A DNA stretch of 64,000 nt from assembly GCA_963677595.1 (NCBI GenBank), contig OY782041.1, positions 3,776,001-3,840,000 on the forward strand, given 5' to 3'. Positions 39,876 to 49,741 of this stretch are shown piece by piece. Origin of the DNA: Spirochaetia bacterium. Its GTDB lineage: Bacteria > Spirochaetota > Spirochaetia > CAKZLE01. The notes below the pieces were generated by a model. That model was given only the letters and a program-made list of their open reading frames with translations. It was not told the origin of the DNA and did not search any database. Numbering within the stretch: the first letter of the stretch is position 1; each line of letters opens with the position of its first letter. Both the position numbers and the translations under genes were made by a program.

Positions 39876-41789
39876 ATGGGGCAGAAGAGGATTATCATAG
39901 GCTTTCAGGACCAGAAGCCGCTTGGAACACAGGTCGAGGATTTTGAGTTCAGTCTCTATTCCTGCTACAAGCCCCTGCTTACCTATCTCTATGCACAGCC
40001 GGAGCTGAAGATAGCGCTCTATCTCTCTGCTTCAGTGTATGAGTGGATGGAGAGCTCCTATCCCGAGATCAACATGCTCATCGCAGACATGGTGAAGCGC
40101 AAGCAGCTCGAGCTGCTCAGCGGCGGGTTCTATGACCCCATCCTCCAGATCATCCCGATGAAGGACCGTACCCAGCAGATAGAGATGACCACCACCTTCA
40201 TCAGGAAGCGCTTCGGGTTCAGGCCCAGGAGCATCTGGATCACCGACCAGGTCTGGAACCCCGTGCTCATCAGCTCGCTGGCCACCTGCGGGATGAAATC
40301 GGTCATACAGCATGATACCCCGGCAGAGAAACGCACAGAGCCCTTCCTCATGCAGGAGATGGGCAATTCCCTCACCATCTATCCGGTCAACCGGCAGCTC
40401 ACCAACGCCCTCATCCACAAGGATGTCGATTTCATCCGCCATGCCCTCTCAACGGGCTCACGGAACATGGACGATGACAGCACGATGACGGTCATGCTCG
40501 ATGTGAACACGGTCATCTCCAACTCCATCATCGGGGACCCGCATACAATCATCGAGCTCTGCAGGATCCTCCAGGAGGTCTGCGAGGAGCTTGGGATCAG
40601 CTTGACGCTTCCCATGAACATCCAGGATGAGCAGCCGGGCCGCAGTGGGTTCCTGCCCTCTGGCTGGTATCGTGAGACCCTGCCGGAAGAGGGGATGCAC
40701 TTCAATGAGATCTTCCTCCGGTACCCGGAGATGCGGCAGATCTACGGCAAGATGCTCTATGTATCGAGGCTCATCCCAGGGATCAAGCGGGAGAAGAGCC
40801 TTAAGAAGATCGCCGGCAAGGAACTGCTCAAGGCACAATCCTTCGGCAGCTACTCCATCTCCCAGAACGGGGGCATCTACCAGAACTACCTCCGGAAGGA
40901 GAACTACCAGCATATGATCGAGGTCGAGAAGCTGACCCGGGAACGGGGCGTCTTCTCGACATCCATCACCTCCTACGATGTCGATATCGACGGGGAGGAC
41001 GAGTTCATCTACCGGGGGAAGAACATCACTGCTGTCTTCGACCGCTACGGGGCCTCGATGATCGAGCTCGACTACCTGGTGAACTCCTGGAACTACCTTG
41101 ATACCTTCGTGGGCAACAGTTCCGAGATCGTGCATGCAACCCTCGAGCACATCCCTGACGGGGTGCTGCAGAAGACCTGCACCGACCTCTTCATCGAGAA
41201 GACCGCTGATGCGGTATCCTATGACAAGTACGGCAACGACCATGTGTTCTCCCTCGAAGATGAGAAGTATGAACTGGAGCGTCTTGTGAAGGACCAGAAG
41301 AACATCTCGTTCCTCATAAAGACACCCATCCCGTTCCAGAAGAACTCAGAGGTGCAGATCAGGAAGACCTATACCTGCCATACGAATACCATACAGCTGG
41401 ACTACACCATCGAGAACCTCTCGAAGGGAAGGCTGAACTGCCTGTTCGCCTCGGAGCTGAACCTCTCCTTCGCCTTTGATTCGGAGGAGATGCTCGAGAT
41501 CGCTTCCCATGAGGTGAACCTGGTCCGTGAGATGAAGCCGGGCGACACGCAACTGAGGAACGTGAAGGTACTGCGCCTGAGGGACCTCCATACGAAGGCT
41601 ATCGTATCGGTCCTGTCAGACAAGCGCTACACGGTCATCCGGGAGTCCTACAACACCACGATCCACAGCCAGATGGGCGAAGAGGATATCTACCAGTATA
41701 CCCGTCTGCTTCCCATCTGGGAGATAGACATGAAACCTGGAGAGAGCTGGGAGACCACGATCTCCATACGAATTGAGAAATTGAAATAA
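39876..41789 (+). CDS. GH57-like (alpha-amylase/4-alpha-glucanotransferase, DUF1925/DUF1926) protein with altered catalytic motifs
   Basis: YKPLL, ELLSGGFYDPIL, DR..QI, FG.RPR.IW, YPE...YGKM, GGIY..LR, DIDGEDE. Confidence 0.75.
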   Translation: MGQKRIIIGFQDQKPLGTQVEDFEFSLYSCYKPLLTYLYAQPELKIALYLSASVYEWMESSYPEINMLIADMVKRKQLELLSGGFYDPILQIIPMKDRTQQIEMTTTFIRKRFGFRPRSIWITDQVWNPVLISSLATCGMKSVIQHDTPAEKRTEPFLMQEMGNSLTIYPVNRQLTNALIHKDVDFIRHALSTGSRNMDDDSTMTVMLDVNTVISNSIIGDPHTIIELCRILQEVCEELGISLTLPMNIQDEQPGRSGFLPSGWYRETLPEEGMHFNEIFLRYPEMRQIYGKMLYVSRLIPGIKREKSLKKIAGKELLKAQSFGSYSISQNGGIYQNYLRKENYQHMIEVEKLTRERGVFSTSITSYDVDIDGEDEFIYRGKNITAVFDRYGASMIELDYLVNSWNYLDTFVGNSSEIVHATLEHIPDGVLQKTCTDLFIEKTADAVSYDKYGNDHVFSLEDEKYELERLVKDQKNISFLIKTPIPFQKNSEVQIRKTYTCHTNTIQLDYTIENLSKGRLNCLFASELNLSFAFDSEEMLEIASHEVNLVREMKPGDTQLRNVKVLRLRDLHTKAIVSVLSDKRYTVIRESYNTTIHSQMGEEDIYQYTRLLPIWEIDMKPGESWETTISIRIEKLK

Positions 41790-41805
41790 GAAGGACGGTA
41801 CCCAT

Positions 41806-42910
41806 ATGATCATTGAATATAAACAGAGACTCCAGGTTCTGGAGCAGGCCACACTCGCTACCTGGAGGCGACTTTGACCCGGATGTGAAGCATGAACAGC
41901 TCGCAGCACTCGAGAAGCAGACGCTTGCCGGGGACTTCTGGAATGACCGGGAGTCGGCAGAACGTATCTTTGCCGAGATATCTGCTATCAAGGAAGAGCT
42001 CGACCCCTGGGAGTCCCTGATCTCACAGATCGGGGATGCGAATGAATACCTCGAGCTGCTCGAGGAGGAGTTCGAAGAGGAGACGGCACAGGAGTTCTAT
42101 GCACTCGTCGACTCGCTCGAACCCCGGTATGAGGAACTCAAGATCGCATCCCTGCTCAGTGAGCAGTACGACAAGAACAATGCCTTCCTCACGATACATT
42201 CCGGTGCCGGCGGTACCGAGGCATGCGACTGGGTCAATATGCTGCTCAGGATGTATTCTCGCTGGGCTGAGAGGAAGAAGTTCAAGATACAGATCCTCGA
42301 CCTGCAGGAATCGGAGGGCGGCGTGAAGTCAGTCACCCTGCAGATTGACGGCAGGAACGCGTACGGCTACCTGAAGGGTGAGAGCGGGATCCACCGGCTC
42401 GTGAGGATCTCACCGTTCGACTCGAACAAGCGTCGGCATACCTCCTTCGCATCAGCCTATGTCTCACCGGTCATCGAGGACACCATCGATGTCGACATCA
42501 AGCCGGAGGACCTGAGGATCGATACCTATCGTGCTTCCGGTGCCGGGGGGCAGCACGTCAACAAGACAGACTCCGCCGTGCGGATCACCCACCTCGAGAC
42601 CGGGATCGTCGTCCAGTGCCAGAACGAACGGTCGCAGCATAAGAACAAGGCTATGGCAATGAAGGTGCTCACCTCACGTCTCTATGAATACTACCGAATG
42701 AAGAACGAGGCTGAGCAGTCCAAGCATGCCATGGAGAAGAAAGATATCTCATGGGGCAACCAGATACGTTCCTACGTCTTCCAGCCGTATACGATGGTGA
42801 AGGACCACCGTACCAGCCACCAGATCGGGAACATCCAGGCTGTCATGGACGGGGCGATTGACCCCTTTATCGAGACATACCTGACATGGAGACTGGAATC
42901 AGAAAACTGA
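41806..42910 (+). CDS. prfB: Peptide chain release factor 2 with programmed +1 frameshift
   Basis: ATG 41806 MIIEYKQ...WRRL then CTT TGA C (41872-41878) with GGAGG at 41864-41868; +1 frame has GAGGTEACDW, SPF, GGQ. Confidence 0.97.
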
Positions 42911-44067
42911 TCAGCCTGCTGCTGATCATCATCAGTACAATGTCCCTGCACGCAGAGGATGCCCGATCCTTCAGGATCGGGCTCTTCCCGATAGAGCTGC
43001 AGGATTCTGCCGGGATCTCTGGTGCCCAGCAGTATATCATCAAGACAGTCTACAGCGAACTCTTCGGGGAACTCGAGGCACTCTTCTCCTCTGACGTCTT
43101 CTTCGAGGTATACAAGACCTCGTATGCCGGTGCCGAAGTCATCGGGCAGTATGATGAGTCGGTTCTCTTCGAGAACTCTTCCATCTTCACGATCGAGGAT
43201 GACGTGACGGCAGCCTATGCGCTCCGCAGCGACGGGCTCGACATGATCATCTACGGACGGTTCAGCCATATCGATGACCTGCTCATCTTCGAACTCGTCC
43301 GGATAGACCGGGACCTTGGGCGATCAGTCCTCTACTCCAACATCATCTCGAAGAACCGGCTCGCCTCCGAGATCGAACGGATGTTCCGTCTCGTCATCGA
43401 GGATATAACGGGCATGGAGACTGGTACGCTCACTATCCGGCAGGATGAGGGCTACCATGTGACTGTCGGCATTGGGGACGGGATCATCACCACGGTATCC
43501 GATGAGATCTTCAAAGTACTCCCGCATGGGATCTACTCCTTCGAGTTCTTCATCGACACCGTCTCTACCGGCAAGCGCACCGTGGCCGTACTCGATGAAT
43601 TCCAGGAACTCTACATAGAACCACCGGCTGCGGCACCCAAGACCCGGTATATAAGCTCGCTGCCCATGGGTGCAGACCTGCGGGTGAACTCGATCTATCT
43701 CGGGAGCACCCCGGCAGTGGTCACGTCGGCAAGCTACCCGGGCTACCGTACCGGCTTAGAGCTTGAGCTTGACGGATACGAACTCTACCGGGGCAGCCTC
43801 CCTGCCGGCAGGCTGCAGGAGACGGTCTACCTCCGTCCTGATTGGATGGCCTTCCAGGGTCAGGTCGACAGGGGCCGGGAGAGCTTCTACACCTCCCTCG
43901 GTTCGCTGATACTCTCACTTCCTATATCAATTTTCTCTGGTTTCATGTATGATACAACTGATCTTGGGTACTGGAACCTGCTGCAGCTCGCTGGTCATGC
44001 CACGACTGCCTACTTCGGGATACAGACGGTTACCAACTTGCTGGACTACTACCACAGGATCTATTAA
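42886..44067 (+). CDS. Exported PEGA-domain protein with C-terminal hydrophobic helices
   Basis: Signal peptide; SLPMGADLRVNSIYLGSTP...LELDGYE PEGA motif; FYTSLGSLILSLP C-terminal segment. Confidence 0.65.
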   Translation: METGIRKLISLLLIIISTMSLHAEDARSFRIGLFPIELQDSAGISGAQQYIIKTVYSELFGELEALFSSDVFFEVYKTSYAGAEVIGQYDESVLFENSSIFTIEDDVTAAYALRSDGLDMIIYGRFSHIDDLLIFELVRIDRDLGRSVLYSNIISKNRLASEIERMFRLVIEDITGMETGTLTIRQDEGYHVTVGIGDGIITTVSDEIFKVLPHGIYSFEFFIDTVSTGKRTVAVLDEFQELYIEPPAAAPKTRYISSLPMGADLRVNSIYLGSTPAVVTSASYPGYRTGLELELDGYELYRGSLPAGRLQETVYLRPDWMAFQGQVDRGRESFYTSLGSLILSLPISIFSGFMYDTTDLGYWNLLQLAGHATTAYFGIQTVTNLLDYYHRIY

Positions 44068-44089
44068 CAGGGAACAGAAAGGAACCAAT

Positions 44090-44959
44090 ATGCAGAACTT
44101 TTTTGGAAAGAAACTCGCAGGTCTCTTCAGGCGAAACAGGATAGATGAGACCTTCTTCGAGGATCTCGAGGATACCCTTATCGAGGGTGATCTCGGGGCC
44201 CAGATCACCATGGAACTCGTCGAGGACCTCAAGGAGACGGTGAGGAAGAAGAACCTCGACCAACGGGGGCTGCTCGAAGAGATGAAGCTGATCCTCTCCG
44301 ATTATGTCCATGCCGTCGATTTTGAGATAGCAGCAGATGACAAGCCGCTGCTCTTCCTCGTACTCGGCGTGAACGGTGTGGGGAAGACGACGACCATAGC
44401 GAAGATCTCCCATATGTACCAGGGGCGAGGTATCTCAACGGTGCTCGGCGCCGCTGATACCTTCCGCGCCGCGGCGATCGACCAGCTGGCACTGCACGCC
44501 GAGCGTCTCGGGACGCGGATCGTTCGCCAGTCTCCCGGTTCAGACCCGGGGGCTGTCATCTTCGACACGATCGACAGCGCCATAGCCCGGAAGGAGCAGG
44601 TCATCCTGGCCGATACGGCAGGCCGTATGCACACGAAGGATAACCTTTTGCGGGAACTCAAGAAGATAGACAAGATCGTGACGGGGAAGCTGCCGCCGGA
44701 GAACTACCGGAAGATCCTCGTCATCGATGCGACGACCGGCCAAAACGGCCTGCGCCAGGCAGAGCTCTTCAATGAATCGGTAGATGTCGATGCCATCGTC
44801 CTCACCAAATACGATTCAGCCTCGAAGGGCGGGTCGATCGTACAGATCGGCAAGAAACTCAACATCCCCATCGCCTATGTGGGAATAGGCGAGAAGTACG
44901 AGGACCTGCGCCCCTTTGACAAGGACGAGTTCCTCGACACCCTGCTGGGCCTCTCATGA
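44090..44959 (+). CDS. ftsY: SRP receptor FtsY
   Basis: [39 protein letters not shown]. Confidence 0.97.
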   Translation: MQNFFGKKLAGLFRRNRIDETFFEDLEDTLIEGDLGAQITMELVEDLKETVRKKNLDQRGLLEEMKLILSDYVHAVDFEIAADDKPLLFLVLGVNGVGKTTTIAKISHMYQGRGISTVLGAADTFRAAAIDQLALHAERLGTRIVRQSPGSDPGAVIFDTIDSAIARKEQVILADTAGRMHTKDNLLRELKKIDKIVTGKLPPENYRKILVIDATTGQNGLRQAELFNESVDVDAIVLTKYDSASKGGSIVQIGKKLNIPIAYVGIGEKYEDLRPFDKDEFLDTLLGLS

Positions 44960-45990
44960 CGAGGAGGCTGTCTGTCTATCTGTTGGTCCTCTTTCTCTGC
45001 ACGGCAGTCATCCTGCCTGCAGGGGATGTCTCTTACTATGGATCCAACTCGATCGGACAGCAGCTCTCTCCCCTGGAGGCACCTGCAGGATCAGGCTATG
45101 CCCTCGAAGTCACCGCCACCGATACCGGGACACAGACGGTCCTCCTGCATGATCTGGAGGTCGTATGGTCTGAGACCTCCTCCAAAGACGGTGTCCACCG
45201 GTATATTACGAGGACCAGCCCTGCCGGTAGTGAACTCTACCGTGCCCACTACATCAACAGCAGGCTGGTATCCCTCTCCCAGCGCATAGACGGCTTCACG
45301 GAAGAGGAGACCTACCTCTATGACGAGGACGGCCTGCTGCATACCATCATCCTCGAGCGTGGGGGTGAGGTGGAACACACCTTCTTCTTCCTCGATGACG
45401 CCGGTCGGCTCGAGGGGTTGATGGTCTACCAGGGTGATGCCCCGGACTGGGAGCTCGACCATACGCTCCTGTTCACCTCAAGCCAGGATGCCTTCGCCAT
45501 CGGCGAGGCCGGAAGGTTCGAGATCACCTACAGCCGGGAAGATGGGAGGGATACCTACTCCTATGTCGGTGGGGTGCTGCGCCTGGAGACTGCAATCTCG
45601 AGGGTGGACGGTGACCGGCAGGTCAGCGAGAGAGACCACCAGCTCGGTACAACGAGATTGACGCGATACGACGGGGAGACTGACCGGGTCTCCGAAGAAC
45701 AGTTCACCTCTGCCAGGGCGAAGGAGAACTACAGCCTGTCCAATACCTACGATGATTTCGGAGAGCTCTCTTCACGGACAGTCCTCGATGCCTCGGGAAC
45801 GACGGAATACCGGTACACGGTCAATGACGAAGGCCGTGACCTGGTCACGGTCGTACGGAACGGACAGATGCACAAGGTCATCACCTACCTCGATGATACC
45901 CGGGAAGAGCAGGTCTACCATAATGGGGAATTTTATGCTACGATCATCTATTCAGATGATAACGAGATCCTTGAGGTGATCAATGACTGA
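44956..45990 (+). CDS. Exported hypothetical protein with YD/MORN-like beta-hairpin repeats
   Basis: Signal peptide; recurring YDEDGLL, DDAGRL, YDDFGEL, NDEGRD motifs. Confidence 0.6.
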   Translation: MTRRLSVYLLVLFLCTAVILPAGDVSYYGSNSIGQQLSPLEAPAGSGYALEVTATDTGTQTVLLHDLEVVWSETSSKDGVHRYITRTSPAGSELYRAHYINSRLVSLSQRIDGFTEEETYLYDEDGLLHTIILERGGEVEHTFFFLDDAGRLEGLMVYQGDAPDWELDHTLLFTSSQDAFAIGEAGRFEITYSREDGRDTYSYVGGVLRLETAISRVDGDRQVSERDHQLGTTRLTRYDGETDRVSEEQFTSARAKENYSLSNTYDDFGELSSRTVLDASGTTEYRYTVNDEGRDLVTVVRNGQMHKVITYLDDTREEQVYHNGEFYATIIYSDDNEILEVIND

Positions 45991-47221
45991 ACCCGGCAGA
46001 ATACTATCCTCAGCTTCCTACATCTCAGGCAAGTTCCTCTTCAGCAGGAGGAACAAGCGCTACACGGCTGCCTGGTTCACGGTGATCGGTATCGCGGTAG
46101 GCTTCGCCGCGATCTTCATCGTCATAGGAATCATGAACGGGCTCCAGTCCGGGTATCTTGAGGACATCAGGGAGATACAATCCTACCACGTCCAGGCCGA
46201 ACTCGCCGATGGGGCTCAGCCTGAAGCGGTACAGGAAGATATCCTGGCTATTCCCGGCGTTACCTCGGCAGTGCGCTATGTCGACACCCATGCCCTCGTC
46301 GAGTACCGGAACGGGCAGTACTACCCGATCCTGCTGCGCGGGCTCGAGGCTGCCGCCCTCTATGAAGATCCCGGCTTCCTCTCACATCTCGGGCTGCTCG
46401 GTGAAGCGGACCTCCTCAGGGACCGCGAGCTGCTCATCAGCGATTACCTCAGCAGGGTCTTCAGGACCCCCGAGGGCAGTGAGCTCCAACTCACGGTCAT
46501 GGGGACCGGGCAGGTCGTGAGGCATGTCCCCCTCACGTTCTCCACGACGGTGGCCTCACGCTTCTCCAGCGGGTTCCCGGAGGTCAACTACCAGATGGTC
46601 TTCGTCGCCGAGGAGACGGTAGGGACCATCCTCCCTGAGCAGCAGCCTTCGATCGGCATCAAGGCGAGCTCAGGTGACGTCGATGCGCTGAAACAACAGG
46701 TCCTCAGCATCCCGGGGGTAGCTGATGCTTCCACCTGGAAAGAGGCCAACTACGGCTTCTACTCTGCTCTCATGCTCGAGAAGTACGGGATGATGATCCT
46801 GCTCTCCCTCATCTTCCTCGTCGTGATCATGAACGCCAAATCATCCTTCGAGAAATACGTGTTCCACAAGAAGGATGATATAGCGCTGCTGCGGTCCGTC
46901 GGTGCTTCGAAGGGTGTGATCTACCTCGTGTTCCTCATCCAGGGTGCCGCTATATCCTGTGCCGGTCTCCTGCTTGGTGCATTGGCCGGCACACTCAGCG
47001 CGTTGAACATCAGCGGCATCATAGGTGCTGTCCAGAAGCTGCTCTCCCTCTTGACGGGACGTGAGATATCATTCTTCATCCAGGATCTCCCGGTAGCGCT
47101 CTATCCCCGGGAACTCCTGCTGCTTGCCCTCATCGTCCTGCTGCTCTTCCTCCTGAACATATTCACGGCTATTCGTTCACTCATAAACAAACCACCCCTG
47201 GAGATAATGCGCTATGAATGA
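45983..47221 (+). CDS. lolC: LolC/E-type lipoprotein-release ABC permease
   Basis: IGIAVG..IVIGIMNGLQ, periplasmic MacB-like domain, EK..M, DIALLRSVGA. Confidence 0.8.
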   Translation: MTEPGRILSSASYISGKFLFSRRNKRYTAAWFTVIGIAVGFAAIFIVIGIMNGLQSGYLEDIREIQSYHVQAELADGAQPEAVQEDILAIPGVTSAVRYVDTHALVEYRNGQYYPILLRGLEAAALYEDPGFLSHLGLLGEADLLRDRELLISDYLSRVFRTPEGSELQLTVMGTGQVVRHVPLTFSTTVASRFSSGFPEVNYQMVFVAEETVGTILPEQQPSIGIKASSGDVDALKQQVLSIPGVADASTWKEANYGFYSALMLEKYGMMILLSLIFLVVIMNAKSSFEKYVFHKKDDIALLRSVGASKGVIYLVFLIQGAAISCAGLLLGALAGTLSALNISGIIGAVQKLLSLLTGREISFFIQDLPVALYPRELLLLALIVLLLFLLNIFTAIRSLINKPPLEIMRYE

Positions 47222-47906
47222 CCTTCCCATCCTGTCTGTCGAGAACCTGAGCAAGAGTTATGAGAGCGGCGATGAGCAGCTCATGGTCCTCAAGGACCTT
47301 GAGTTTAGCCTGCTCAAAGGCCACTCCGCCGTCATTCTCGGACGGAGCGGGAGCGGCAAGAGTACGCTGCTCCACATGATAGGGGGCCTCGACCGGCCAG
47401 ATGGGGGTGCTATACGGGTGGGGACGAGGCAGCTGGAGAAGATGCGCCCTTCTGAGCTTGAAACCTTCAGGAGGAGGGATATAGGATTCATCTTCCAGTC
47501 TCATTTCCTGCTTGATGACTTCTCCGTCCTGGAGAACGTTGCCCTTCCTGCCATCATGGATGGGAAGAACCGCAGGGAGTCACTCGACCGGGCAGCCGGA
47601 CTGCTGGACCAGGTCGGTATCCTTCCCCGGAAGGACCATTTCCCCAAGAAGATCTCCGGCGGGGAGTGCCAGCGCGCTGCCGTGGCACGGGCACTGATCA
47701 ATGACCCGCTTCTCATCCTCGCAGATGAGCCTACGGGAAACCTCGATGAATACAACTCTCGGCTGGTGGAAGACCTCCTGTTCAGGATCGTCGAGGAAGA
47801 GTCGAGGAACCTGGTCATGGTGACCCATGACAGGATGCTCAGTTCCCGCGGCACGACCTCCTATGTACTGACAGGCGGGTCCCTGGAGGTCGGGGATGAG
47901 GTATAG
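47214..47906 (+). CDS. lolD: LolD-type ABC ATPase
   Basis: [41 protein letters not shown]. Confidence 0.85.
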   Translation: MNDLPILSVENLSKSYESGDEQLMVLKDLEFSLLKGHSAVILGRSGSGKSTLLHMIGGLDRPDGGAIRVGTRQLEKMRPSELETFRRRDIGFIFQSHFLLDDFSVLENVALPAIMDGKNRRESLDRAAGLLDQVGILPRKDHFPKKISGGECQRAAVARALINDPLLILADEPTGNLDEYNSRLVEDLLFRIVEEESRNLVMVTHDRMLSSRGTTSYVLTGGSLEVGDEV

Positions 47907-49095
47907 CGGATCCCTGATGTGGGCCCTGCGCATCCTTGGTGTGGGTGTCCGGGGAAAGAGCGGTAAGCGCAGGCATATCATCAGTTCGATCCTGGTCATC
48001 GCCTGTTCCGTGATCCCCATGGTCCTGGCGATCTATCTGGCAGACGGGATGACCACCGGGATCACGGGGAAGTATATACGCCTCTCCAGCTTCCATGCAC
48101 AGCTTGCTGCGGACCCGGAGGAGGGAGGACTCCCTGCAGACCTGCCGGGTGTCACGGGGGTCTACCCTGTGCGTGAGACCTTCTGCCTCTTCTATTCCCA
48201 GAAAGGATCTTATACCTCGAATCTGAAGGGTGTTCCCCGTGAGTACCTTGCATCACCAGGGGTCACTGATGAGCTTGAGGTCCTCTCCGGCGACCTCGAC
48301 ATCTTCTCAGGCCCTGATATCGTCCTCTCTTCCGAGATAGCCGAGGCCCTGCAGGTCGGCATCGATGACACGGTCGCCGTGGTCACGGTGACCCAGCAGT
48401 CTGGACAGGCTAGGATCAAGCCGTCCATCCTCCATGTGAAGGGGATCATCGAATCCGGCTACAAGGACCTCGATGCATACCTGGCCTACATCGATATCGA
48501 GCAGGCCAGGAAGGTCATGAAGGATGATGATGCAGAGTACCTGGGGATCTTCGCCAATCAGGACATGGCTGAGCATCCTGAAGCCTTACGCACCCTCCTG
48601 GAACCCTATGGTGCCGTGACCACCTGGGACATGCTCAACCGCTCACTCTATGCCAACTTCAAGACCTCGAAACTGATCCTCTATGTGATCATGGTCCTTA
48701 TCATCATCATCGCGACCTTCAATATATCGTCCACCTGCATCATGCTCATCCAGGAGAAGTACGTAGATATCGGGCTCATGAAATCCATCGGGATCAGGAA
48801 GCAGACCATAGCCTACACCTTCAGGATCATCTCGGTCTTCATCGGCCTCGCTGGAGCCGTGATCGGCATCATCATCGGGGTACTCCTCTCATTACAGCTG
48901 AACTCGATCCTAAGCGGCCTGCAGCAGCTCGGTGTATCTGCCCTCGATTTCTACCTGATTGAGCTTCCCCAGGTCATCAGCTGGCCCGATATCCTGTTCA
49001 CCGGGGTCCTGACTGTCCTCCTGTCCGCAGTTTCCTCGTTCATCCCGGTACGAAGGCTGAATTCCATATTGCCGATACACCTGCTTCATGAGTAA
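47896..49095 (+). CDS. lolE: LolC/E-type lipoprotein-release ABC permease
   Basis: Four-TM FtsX-type permease; TW..LN, IGLMKSIG; flanks lolD. Confidence 0.78.
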   Translation: MRYSGSLMWALRILGVGVRGKSGKRRHIISSILVIACSVIPMVLAIYLADGMTTGITGKYIRLSSFHAQLAADPEEGGLPADLPGVTGVYPVRETFCLFYSQKGSYTSNLKGVPREYLASPGVTDELEVLSGDLDIFSGPDIVLSSEIAEALQVGIDDTVAVVTVTQQSGQARIKPSILHVKGIIESGYKDLDAYLAYIDIEQARKVMKDDDAEYLGIFANQDMAEHPEALRTLLEPYGAVTTWDMLNRSLYANFKTSKLILYVIMVLIIIIATFNISSTCIMLIQEKYVDIGLMKSIGIRKQTIAYTFRIISVFIGLAGAVIGIIIGVLLSLQLNSILSGLQQLGVSALDFYLIELPQVISWPDILFTGVLTVLLSAVSSFIPVRRLNSILPIHLLHE

Positions 49096-49121
49096 GCTAT
49101 AGAGACAGGGAGGTGCAGCTG

Positions 49122-49730
49122 ATGGATGGATTCTTTGATTTCTTCGAACTACGGACTGAGGAGCGTATCCTCACCGATATCAGGATACTCGGCCTCGATA
49201 TCGAGACGACAGGCCTGGATGTCTCAGCCAATGAGATCATCGAGCTCGGCATCGCCTCATACGACCCATCCTCGGGGGGTATCGATACGGTCTTCCAGAG
49301 CTATGTGCACCCCAACCAGCCGTTGAAGGAGCATATCACGAAGATCACCGGGATCGATGAGCCCATGCTAGAAGGGGCTCCCTCCATCGGCGATATTAGC
49401 CGCGAGGTGACTGAGCTCATCAGCGGCAGCCTGCTCGTCATACATAACGCTGATTTCGACATCCCCTTCCTCCAGCGCCATATTGCGGCTGATATCCTGT
49501 CCGGGAATGATGCAGTCGTCTTCGACACCCTCAAATTCAGCAGGAAACTCCTTCATTCCAGTAGATATTCACTTGAGTTCCTGATAGAATCACTTGGTCT
49601 GAACCATGAGAACCACCATAGGGCTGCTGATGATGCACGCATGTGCCTTCAGCTCTTCGACCACCTGCTCAAGCTTCGACCTGATTTCAGGTCCATGGTC
49701 GTTTCAGACATACTCAAGATCGTACAGTAG
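49122..49730 (+). CDS. DEDDh 3'-5' exonuclease (DnaQ-like)
   Basis: LDIETTGL, HNADFDIPFL, DTL, HRAADDA. Confidence 0.9.
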   Translation: MDGFFDFFELRTEERILTDIRILGLDIETTGLDVSANEIIELGIASYDPSSGGIDTVFQSYVHPNQPLKEHITKITGIDEPMLEGAPSIGDISREVTELISGSLLVIHNADFDIPFLQRHIAADILSGNDAVVFDTLKFSRKLLHSSRYSLEFLIESLGLNHENHHRAADDARMCLQLFDHLLKLRPDFRSMVVSDILKIVQ

Positions 49731-49741
49731 GACTGCACCGA

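Noticed and set aside
44956-45990. RHS/YD toxin
   Set aside because: Only 344 aa, with no DPxG core end, toxin tip or immunity gene; housekeeping context.
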